Origin: Lama glama
Taxonomy: Eukaryota
Assembly (NCBI GenBank): GCA_028534125.1
Contig: CM052817.1
Location: forward strand, 59,460,001-59,524,000
Direction: 5' to 3'
Length of the DNA stretch: 64,000 nucleotides
A program made the position numbers and the translations under genes. The notes beneath the pieces were generated by a model that did not search any database, had not been told where the DNA came from, and saw only the letters and a list, made by a program, of their open reading frames with translations. Shown in pieces: positions 53,076 to 64,000 of this stretch (its first letter is position 1; each line of letters opens with the position of its first letter).

Positions 53076-56039
53076 GATACAGTATTCTGTGGAAAGATTA
53101 GTCCCTACTTCAAAGCTATGAGCCATATTAATTCATAAGAAGATATATTTGTTTTGATTCCTTTTATTTTGTTTTACTGAATTGAATGCCATATGCAAGG
53201 AAATATGAGGATGACTTAAATCAGTGATCTTATCCCCCCAAATATCAATCTTAGCTTTAGTATTACAGGTAAATTATTTATCTTTTGCAGATTATATAAA
53301 CACTCCACCCTCTTCTTCTTCCTGTCCTATCCCCACCACATTTATAGAAACACAGAGCCCATCATATTTTTTGTAGGGACCTGCAATGAATAATGAAATA
53401 GAGAAGAGAATACTGCAGAGAAAGAGCAAACATAAGTGTCTGGGGTTTTCCTTCCCTTTAAAGTTCTTTCATTTACTAACCCCCAGCATGCTCATTGTGA
53501 AGGGCATCATATTCCATCCCCTTTAACATTGTCCTGAAGATTCTTCCTTTAATTATGCATTGGAAAATGTTCCTGGAGCACAAAAGGGTTGGGAAATACT
53601 ATGGTACCCTCTATCTGGTTCTCTTTACCATTTCTGGGACTCCTGTTTTAGAGTGTGCTGCTGCTGTTGGTGTGCAGGAGTTAAATTGCAAAATTCTTGT
53701 GTTTGACGGAACATTTCCCTGACCATATTGCTAAGACAGGCATAGTTCTACTGTTGAAGGAGCAAAGGGAAAAATGGAGAAATAGTAGCATTTATATTGA
53801 GGCCAAGAATCACTCTGGTCTGCCTGCCAGGTTTAAACAGATCTCAACAGAGCTACAGCAGCACTGACAACATCATGCATGCTTGTTGGGTCTGGTGATC
53901 AAGGAGGGATTTGTTCTGCTTCATCGAAAAATTTTCCCAGGGAATGTGGCAGCAGTTGGCTCCATTGGTGGTGGAATTTCCAACTGTGAAGCCATGGATC
54001 TGCAGAGGCAGAGCGAGTCAACTCTTGCTTATCTGGTGCTCTGGGTGGGAGAAAGGGGGCAAAGGTGGGCCACTTCCTTCCCAAGAAGGCTCTTCCTTTT
54101 GGTGTATAGCAGCTTGCTCTACTTCCCTAAGGTGAGGAAAATCAAGCCGTTGATATTCCTGCCCCCAGTGCCTTCTGTTGTGCCCGTGTGGCTAGCTGGC
54201 ATCAATCTGCCTCCCAGAGACAACAAGACTAAAAAAAAAAAAAAAAGACTAAAGTGGCTCTTCTGTTAAAACTACCTGTTTTCCTCTCTATTTTATTCAA
54301 CTTGTTAGACTCTTCATTTCAGCCTTGCTTCTCATGATGTGGATAAATTTCAATTTACCTAAGAGTGATTTCAAGGTCATTAAAATTACTGTTTTGAAGG
54401 CCACAAACCTGCACTGTCAAATTTGTAGTTATGAAAGAGTCCACCTTTAACCTTTCTAATAGATATTCCACAAAATCTATAACGGCATATAGTAGAGAGG
54501 AGAGGCTTTATTCAGCTTTATCTTTGAAAAGCAATAATCATGGCTAGCATTGTTGAATTCCATCATGAGAGATATTTTTCTAAGAGTAAGTGATTCTAGT
54601 AATTTAACTAAGGCTCATATTGAGAATTAAAGATTACGTAAATGCAATGTAATATATTATAAAATATTTTTTGTTATTCTAATCATATAATCTGAATGTA
54701 CATTCACCAAAAAAAAGGCACATCACCATTCTCAGATATGGCATCTATATTTCTACAAGCATTTCAATGTAGAAATATATATATACATATGCAACTGAAT
54801 ACCTAGCATCATTCTGCCAACCAAAAAAGCCATATGCATGTACTATTGAAATTAGAAAATTAGATTTTAACCTCTAATGTATTTTTAAACATAGCTAACA
54901 CATAAGAAACCAGCTGGGCTTATTATAGGTCCAGAACCTTCCGAATTAAACAGTGTGTACTAAAAAAAGAATCTAATCATGCAGAGACAGGTTTTTTTCC
55001 TTTAACCTTATTCAGTAATATTTGATTTCCAACAAATACAGACTGCCAGCTGTTAACATCCTCTTACTGCAAAATGAGGATAAGAATTTAATGCTAGTGG
55101 TTTTATATTTATGACTGTTGCCCATAAATTACACACTGGTTATGGTTGAGTATTTGTTTGGATTTTTTTCCCACTTGAAATTTATTTCAAATATGACAAA
55201 CTGTCTAATTTCTTGTGAAACAGCATTAGTTGTTACCTTGAGAAACTAGTTGGTTTGTACAAACACCCTTTGGTGTCTCTATAAGCAACTAGGCAAAACT
55301 AGAATTGGGACATTAGGATAGGAAAGGATCTACAGCTCTTCAAACATACCATCTTACTTCATTCTGGTCAAATCTATACCAGGAAATTTTGAGACAGAAA
55401 CAGGGAGGCATTTTTTAAAGTTAATTATCAGAGTTCTAGTGCATTTTCTATAATTTAGATAAATAAATAGAGAGTGCTATTGTTAATTAATTTGAGACAA
55501 CAGTTTAAAACAAGAACTGACTTTGAGGGGGAAGGGAATAAATACTCACCTTAGACTAACTCAAAGATGTTATAAGTTATAAGCCTATAAATTTCTTAAG
55601 TGGCAGAAATCTGTTATATTTTGTGTAGTGATAAGATTTATCACCCTAATTAAAAAAGAAAAAGAAACAATTGAACCAGCAGCAACAACTGCCTACTTCT
55701 CTGGGTGGACCTTAAGAATACAAAATAATGGATATAAGATAATTCCACTGTCTCATTTAATCTTGGAAAGGATGGGACAAAGTACACCTGAGTTTAATCT
55801 GAAAAAAAAATACAGACTTATAAGATTTGAAGGCACTACTGAATTATTATCTGTGTAAACCATTTTTATCACTTTTTGATGGACTCTAAAAATCTTACAT
55901 AAATTTCATCTTAATAAGAAAACTTTAGCAGTATAATTGTAAAATACAGCATGATAGTTTAAGAGAATGGATCTTAATGCATACCAGACTTAGGTATATA
56001 TCAGACTTACGATATATCAAAGCATTTAGGGAAAACAGA

Positions 56040-56545
56040 CCACATCAGTCAACACTCATTCAGAGCCACTATAATTGATGTAGAATAAAAGATGTGTAAA
56101 GTGATGCTACCTTACATGATTGTAGGAGCTGGTATTGAGGGTGAAGTCTCTGGACAGACAATCAGAAGGGAATGTAGGGGGGAAGTAGTGACATATGAAG
56201 ACCTCAAGGAACAAACTAGGACTTGTATCCGCCTCTCTTTGGAATCCACGATGTTCTCTAGTGGTGCTCTCACCCCACTCGCACCAGGATTTGGGGAAGT
56301 TCAAGGAAGAAATCTGGGAGTTGGCAATGAGGAACTCAGTTGTTGCCCAAATCAACAAGCTGAGCTAGCAGATCCAGTAAGACATGTATGATTTACTTCA
56401 ACCCTCCAAATATAAGCATGGCCACTGCTTCAAATCTCTCACATATTTGACTTGTGATCGATCTTAGCCAGAAACATTCTAGGAGGAGAGTTCTGGGAAA
56501 CACAGTTCAGCTTAGCCAAAATGACACATTAGAAGACACCACAAA
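56040..56545 (-). mobile_element. ERVL LTR (MLT2-like)
   Basis: accttacatgattgtaggagctgg; terminal ttctgggaaacacagttcagcttagccaaaatgacacatta..caccaca. Confidence 0.6.
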
Positions 56546-59500
56546 ATAGAAATCTCAACAAGAGCTGCAATTCTCTAAATGAACTTTCACCTTAAAAGTC
56601 CTCATGCCCTATCCTGCCTGATTCCTTTCTTATCTTAGAGACTTGGAACCTATTATGAGGTTCAGATCACAGTTCTGGGTTCAAATAGCCCTTTGGATCA
56701 TGAGTACCTTATATTATAATTTAATTCAAAGGTTTTTATTGGCCCTTGGGGGGTTCAAAAATCACCAAGTGGGAAGGTTCAATATTTCCTTACTTATTAA
56801 CTATAGTCTTTGCTGAAAAAAAAAACTCACTTTCTGTCTTTTTTTCTTGGTGAATCAAGATTCAAATGAATGGGTTTGCTGGTGTTTTTATGAGAAAAAA
56901 TTAAAAAGCATAGAAGCCCATTTATTATATTACAAATATATTACCTTTAACCTCTTTCCTTTCCTTTCTTTTGGATATTAACCAAGGACCACTAGCTTTT
57001 TTCTTTTTTTTTTTCCTAATGGTGCCTAGTTTTTATTCCCTACCACAAAGAAAACAAAAAGACAAAAACTAGAGAATCTTTCTACAACATAGTCTACTAA
57101 TCTGGCCTAACTATATCATACTTTTCTCTCATAAGGAGCCAAATTTATCTCCATTCTGAAGGAGACCAACATCTTTCAGCAAATGCATTCTCATCCCTTC
57201 CTAATTTCCAGTAAGGTCTTCACTGCAGGTCTGCTGTTTTAACAAAACTCCAGATTAGATTGCTTCACTGATTGAACTGTATAGACTTCTAAACAAGTGA
57301 AACAAAGACCGATTTGCTCAGCGAGAATCAGCATAGGGAGAGCGAGTGATCTCTTCTTTCCTTCTCTCCTGGTAGCAGCCAACATTTGGGGCTATTAATG
57401 TGGATAGTTTTGCTGAGCAGCATGTGCCCAAGACAGCAGGTCCGAGCCAACTGGGCAGGATGAGCTGACCCACCACTCCCATTAGGCTCAAATGGCTTTC
57501 TACCAAGACACTGTTATAACTGCGCTGAGATCCTTTCCAAGGTCACGTCATTCTGTTGACACACTTGGAAAAGAGATTTGGAACACTTCAATTTGTTCAG
57601 TCTACTCTCATTAAAAAGACAAGGCAGGTAGCAAAGGTGAATTCACATCAAGGTTACTAACTAAACTTAACTTATAGTAAGACATGAAAATCCTACTTCC
57701 TTTTTCTAATAAGCAATTTGAGACAAAAGAATTCTGCAATTAATATTAAGTGAAAAATATTACAGATCCTAGAAAACTTTCCCAAGGGGCTAACCTATAA
57801 ACTTTGCCTCAAGAAATTCCCGCCAGTGTTATCCTAGATACCCACAAATGCACAGACATACTGCAGAGGCTGAATCAGGTTAGAAGGGAAGTTAGAAGGG
57901 AAGTTTCATGGAATTTTTGTTTTGAATGAATAGAAAAACCTGTGGTAGTATACAATTCAGAAATTAACATTCTCCTTGTACTAATAATTGATTCAAATAA
58001 AATAAGACAGATTTATGGTAACTTCTGAAAAAATAGAGAGTTATATAATAACTTTATAAAAATATATTCTGGAAATGATTGATTTTTATGTCATCATTAT
58101 ATGTGCATTACAAAGGAAGGCATTTTTCTAGAATCTTACCTATTTTTGTTGTATCTTTGGTTGAACATTTTTTATTTCCAATGTTTTCTTCTGTTGTATA
58201 CCTTTTCCCTCTCTTTTATGTATCAATGTTTCTTCGCTCCATTTTGATAGCACTTTGAATGCATTTTATCTCTTAGAATATATTTTTTCTTTTTTTGCCA
58301 ATGCAGAAGGCCTCCTCTATTTTAGTGCACTTCAAGGTCTGCTATTATGTGACAATTTCCTTTCCCGCTTTTTCTCTATTTCCAACATATAAGACAGCCA
58401 TTCTGGCACAGATATAAAATTAGTTTTGCTCAATGGATTTCTTGTCATGCATGTGCACAAAGCATCATTTACCTTCAATTTAGATTTTTGTTTTCCTCTG
58501 GTGACTCATTTTGCTGCATCTGTGTTTATTCTATAACCTGTGGATGAGGCATGTTTCTCTGACTGAGAGCTGGCTGAGCATTTGCTGTTGGCTGCCATGT
58601 GTTAGCAGTTCCTGAATGCAGTTCAGGGGTGCTCTACCTTCTGCATCAGATATTACTGCTTTTTATACATTTCCTATGTGGTGATCAGCTTAGACTCTGT
58701 TTGTTCATCTTAGGGATTTGTTGTTGCTGTTGTTGACTTACTTAGTATATCAAAGATGCTTTTGTTATATTTCTTGATGGCAAAGAAATACAAGTCTAAC
58801 TGATGCTGGTCATCTATGTCAGAACTTAGTTACAGTTGATGCTTTGCCCAGTTCAAATGCTAAATGTGATCAGCAATACTTAGTTCTCTGTCTTTTCTAA
58901 AATTTTGTGAACATCTTTCTCACATAACAATGCAAACCCATTTGAGCCAAAAGCTTTTTCATAGACAGTTCATAGGCTATTGCTTAAAAAACATGTTTGT
59001 CATGCATAGATTGGTACTCAAATATGTTTCTAAATGACTAGACTGTTTGCTCTATTTTATAATTAGTGCTTTTTTAATACTTCTTAAGACATGGGTCTTG
59101 CTTTCTGAATGTATTTGGTTAAGGTGCGGGCTAAGTAGCAGGAGGGGAAATCAGCTTATGCATGCAATAAAAGTTTGCACAGGAAAAAGTTGACCAGCTT
59201 TGGTGTTTGCTTAATTCTTATGTTTCTTATGTTAGGGAAAGCAAAGATATTTCAAGGTAATTAGATTTAATTTTTGTATTTAAGCATAGATAGTTACTAA
59301 ACAAGACCTTTTGCATACATAGATGGAGATTTGCTATCCATTCATGTGGACTGTTTAACAAATAACTCCCTTTTTTGGCAAAGCTATTTGGTTCAGAAAT
59401 AAAACCACCACCAACTATCCATTCCTTGGAAATACCTAAAACTACAACTACAGGGAAGTAGAACTGTTTGAACCATGAAACTGCAGAATTGATCTAGTCC

Positions 59501-59588
59501 TACTGTGATCCCTGTTCCAAGGTTCAGCCATCCTGTTATATGAACATTTTTTTAAATCCTACTGTATCAGAACCATGGTCATTTTATC

Positions 59589-60295
59589 TGTATTAGGTGA
59601 TGCTAACCACTACACTGAACAGACCCACAAAAGTCCACAATGACTTAAATATTTTATCAGTTTCCTATGGCTGCTGTAGTAAAGGACTACAAACTGAATG
59701 GTTTAAAACAAAATTTATCCTATCACAGTTCTGGAGGCTAAAATTTCAAAATCAAGATGTTGGTAGAACTGTGCTTCCTCCAAAGCATCTAGGGGAGGAT
59801 CCTTCCTTGACTCTTCCAGCTTCTGGTAGCTCTAGGCATTCCCTAGCTTGTGGCAGCTTAACTTCAGTCCCTGCTTCCATGTTCACATGGCCATCTTCCC
59901 TCTGTGTTTGTCTGTCTGCCTACACATGAGGTCCTCTCGGAGTGTCTGTGCCTATGCCCAAATTCCCCACTTCTTATAAGGACGCCAGTCACATTGGATT
60001 ATGGTCCACTATACTCCAGTACACCTTATCTTAAAATAACATCTGTAACAATTCTACTTCTAAATTGGTCACATTCTGAGCTATTGGGAGTTATGTCAGA
60101 CATCCAGAAGGGATAAAGGACAGAGAGGAACAAGAGTGGAATTTTTGTTAGGCTAGATTGGAAACAGCACCGTTAGCTCCAGCTCATAGGCCACTGGCTA
60201 GACTGATAAAGAAGCATAGTTAATGTGGTTTAGCTGTGTGTCCAAGAAGAAAAGAAGAATATGGATTTTTCTGAACTAAAAGGAATCCCTGCTAT
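59589..60295 (-). mobile_element. Old MLT1 (I/J-like) LTR with an MLT1C-like LTR nested at about 59652-60095
   Basis: Inner: tcagtttcctatggctgctgtag..cacagttctggaggct..ttcttataaggacgccagtcacattggatt..ggtcacattctgag. Outer: ccactggctaga..gtggtttagctgtgtgtccaagaagaa. Confidence 0.75.
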
Positions 60296-62924
60296 TCCTC
60301 CGTACAATGGCACTATAGGGCATTTAATGAGAGACTATGGATGTTATCCTATGTGATTGGGGTAAGTACACCTTTCTGGTTTCTCTAGGACTGCATCGAT
60401 TTTTGCTTATTGTCTCAGAAAAATTATTAATAGCATTTTCTCTGTGTCTAAAATGTGATCTGATTTGGACAATAACTTATATGGTCATTCTTTCCATGAG
60501 GATAAAATTCCAAAGATAAGAAGGTAAAAGAGATAGTCTCCCCCACCCCCCACACACCTACTCCTTCTTGTAAAAGAATATTTTGAATGTGTCAACTGAA
60601 AACAAGATTTCAGCTTGCTCCTAGAGGAAAAATACTTCTTTTAATATGTTTTCAATCCTACAAGAATGATTTTGGCAAGATTATGGATCATATGTCTTTA
60701 GCATTCTCTAAACCAGAATGATTGAAAAGATGTTTAAGATATTTTAATAAAGTATAATTGCATACCTGTCTAAAAAATGTGTTCTTTAAAAATGTAATTT
60801 CTAACTGATCTGAGAAAAATAGATTTTGTGGCACCTATAAAATAGTCTTACCTTCACCCAAAAATATATCTTGGGTACTTTCTAAATGAAAATTTTTGAT
60901 GGGTGATAACTATAATGAATATTAATTAAGAAAAAGATTGCCTAATGGAGAACTGATACTAGGGTCCCAGGTTATAGTGATTCTGCTTAACTGAGTTGAA
61001 TGTGGCTTTATTTTGCTTGTAAAAGCACATGTTGAAATATTCTTAAGATTGTCCTTGAGATTTCTTCACTCTTCTTGGAATTCCTCATCATAAGGAACTG
61101 TTCTATTCACTGTATATACTAGACTTAAGAAACAAAGTACCCTCTCATTTTTTAAATTAGTCAAAATATAAAGAGAACTGGAACTCAAAAGAACTCATTT
61201 ATCTTTTGCTATGCCTCTATGGAGTGCTTCCACAGCGCTGTTGCCAATCCCTTGGTATAAAAGAACACACGAACTCTGAAATTTGGCCTTTAATTCTCCT
61301 GTAGATAATTCAGGGAGGCCTGCTAAAATCCTTATAATGGGTAAGAAGAATTAACATAACTTTATAGAAGAATTTGTTAAAGGATTCAAATCTACATATG
61401 CACACATGCCTCATAAGTAATTCACATGAGAATTCAAGCATTTGTGTGAAAGGCATGACTGAGAATATGTTTCTTATTAAACATTTTACTGAGGTCATTG
61501 CATTTTCTTTATCATGATTTTCTTTCTGAAGGGTTATATATGAATGTCTATAGTCATCACACATTCTTGCTGATATCTGTAAACTCACAATGAAACACCA
61601 CTGAAAAGGCTTTGGGCTATTGACTGACCACAACAGAAATTTTCTGAATGTCCTTGTGAGTCTTATACAAGTCTCCGGTATTATGCTGGAAAAAAAATCT
61701 TACTCCAATTCTTTTACTGTTGCTTGAAAATCCAAAATAGTTTCACTATCCTTGATAGCCAGTTAAGAAAATAGAGACAGTATTCTGCAAAGTAATACTA
61801 CTACCAGTGACTTCAAATATGACACACTCAAAAACAGCTCTCCAATTACAATCACAGATATATTAACCATTTTAATATTCTATAAATTTGGACCATAAAA
61901 TTATGCTTAATAAAGGTGCCAAAATACTTCCTTTAGAGTGCATTTAGACAAATTCCTGATTACAAAAAAGGGAAGGAAGGAGAGAAGATAGGAAGAAAAA
62001 AAGGAAAAAGAGAGAGAAAACATGATTAATTGATGGTAACATGAGCTTTCATACTTTTGCTCTTAGCACTATTAAAAAAAGATAATTATTCCACTGGAAA
62101 AAAAGTAAATTTATATCAACAGTTTGGTTGTTATGTTCTTCATAACTACTGTAACAGCAATTAACATTTCTTCCAGTGATATAATTTTCAAGAGATTTTG
62201 AGTCACTGAGATAAATAATTAGCACTTAATATTAAGAGGTATTTGTAATCGAGGTACTAATAATTACAACACTTATTTAATAATGACTTCATTCTGCACA
62301 AGCATCCAGATTTTCTGAGCACATACTTTGGAAAAGTACTTTAGAAAATAAATTTCTCATTTTTAGTAGCCTAAGTAACTCTCATTGAGGTGCAATTTTT
62401 TAAAGGGTGTAAACAGAATCAGTTAAGATTTGCAAATGAGTAATGTGTATGATTTGAGTTCTAGTGACGCATGAAAATAAAGCAATGCTGGACATTTGTT
62501 TGACAGATGTCTTACAAATGGATTTCAGATGACATATTTTGAAAGAAAACACATTATTAAGTGAAGAGTAAAAAAGCTGTTTACAAGCCTCTAAAAAGGA
62601 AAGCGTATCACCTTCAAAACCTTATTTTTGGATTTTCTGTGTATTAATCATTATTGAATTCTGGACACTAAGATCTCATGAGCAAAACTGGTTATAAATT
62701 TAATTTTATTTTTATTGCCTTTCTTTCTCATATACAAAATATTTTCAAACTCCACTCCAGCTATTCCTGCCTAAGTCCACCATTTCCATGAACATATTCT
62801 ACCTTAAAAATAAATAAATATAGATGCCAAATAATGGCATCCATTTTAAACTCAGCCTTAGTTAGCACTGAAATTGTGTTCTCTCCCCTGATTAGGAAGC
62901 TGTTTATTGATGTTATGATGCCGC

Positions 62925-63222
62925 AATACAGCTAATCTTTACTAAGCACCGCTGTGGTCCAGGCACTGTGCTGGGTGTGTAGGTGTGTAGATGAAAGATC
63001 CTGGGATTTTTAGTCAGATAGAGTTGGATTCCAAATTCAGCTCCTTCATTTACTGGTTGTGTGCTCGAGTAGGTCACTGAGTTTTTCTGAGATTATTTTC
63101 TCTAAATCTCAGTGTCCTCATCTCTAACATAGTTAAAATTCCATATATATTCGAATGTCTGAGGAATAAATGAAATGTTGTGTTTAAACTGCTGGGCAGA
63201 GAGTAAACATTCAAATATTAGT
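62925..63222. mobile_element. L2 tail fragment (-) followed by MIR (+)
   Basis: tttactaagcacc..ccaggcactgtgctggg; then ctcagtgtcctcatctctaacatag..tgaggaataaatgaaa. Confidence 0.7.
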
Positions 63223-63399
63223 GTCAGTCCATTCCCACATTCTGCTTCTGTCTATTTTATTCACTTATTTTCTTTTCATGATTACCTTGCAGAGGTTTAT
63301 GGATTTTCTGCCTATTCATTATATTTTTGTAAACACTAAAGAAGAGCCAGAGGATGTTCATTCTGTTTCAAGGACCTTACTATCAAAGACGTTTCTACA

Positions 63400-64000
63400 T
63401 TTTCTCCTGAATTGCTGCTACTGTGCTTCTGTGGTCTACATTCAATGTATTTCCTTTTTTTCCTCTCTCTTTTTAAATGTTTCCACTTCCCACATTCCAT
63501 TTGCTGCTTTGTAGTATGAATTTTGCTCATATTCGCTATTCGTCTGTTCACTCCGAATATGACATTTTTTGTGCTCATCCTCTACTTACTCGTATGTTTT
63601 ATTTGGGTCATCTGAAGCCAATGGCTTCCTGGTCTATCTCTTATGTAATTGTTCATGTTCTACTGATTTCCCTGACCACACAGGGAACATGTTATGACTT
63701 TCTCGTAGCCCATTCTATGGGATTCAAGTGGTAGTTATTTTTTAAAACAGTTTTATTCATGGAACAATCTATTAAACATTTATAAGGGTTGTAAAATATT
63801 CTTCTCTAATGTTCTTAATGGTTACATATGTAAGATGTGTCATATATTATTAAGCCCATATTGTCACATAAGTTTAAGTAAACAACTCTGAAACTAAATA
63901 TTTGTATATATTTAGGAATGTTGCTTGTTAACTGAGAAAGTTCTCTTTTATTCAGGATGTCACTTCATTTAATATATTTTCCAAATATATTTTTTTCCAG
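63400..64000 (-). mobile_element. Very old L1 fragment (tentative)
   Basis: T-rich text resembling antisense L1 (ttttgctcatatt.., ttgtaaaatattcttctc, ctgagaaagttctcttt); highly diverged. Confidence 0.4.

Noticed and set aside
54746..54779. Perfect 12-bp inverted repeat with a 10-nt loop
   Set aside because: AT-rich and too short for a pre-miRNA; compatible with chance or local template switching.
61965..62020. Purine-rich low-complexity stretch
   Set aside because: Ordinary degenerate A/G microsatellite.

Overview
AT-rich, CpG-depleted eutherian (probably laurasiatherian) genomic DNA dominated by decayed interspersed repeats. These include many LINE-1 pieces (three internally deleted, several nested), L2 and MIR relics, MaLR/ERVL LTRs, hAT and Tigger DNA transposons, a MER4-group-like ERV internal segment, and a 3.7-kb class I ERV gag-pro-pol remnant interrupted by a solo LTR. 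I see no intact protein-coding gene, RNA gene or CRISPR array, and most ORF-track entries fall in repeats or are chance ORFs. The most interesting unexplained signal is a cluster of minus-strand exon-like segments with strong splice donors at about 40.2-48.1 kb, possibly a decayed multi-exon gene or a spliced lncRNA. A small CpG-rich, coding-looking island lies at about 3.1-3.4 kb. Repeat family names come from recalled consensus motifs, not a database search, and most boundaries are approximate.
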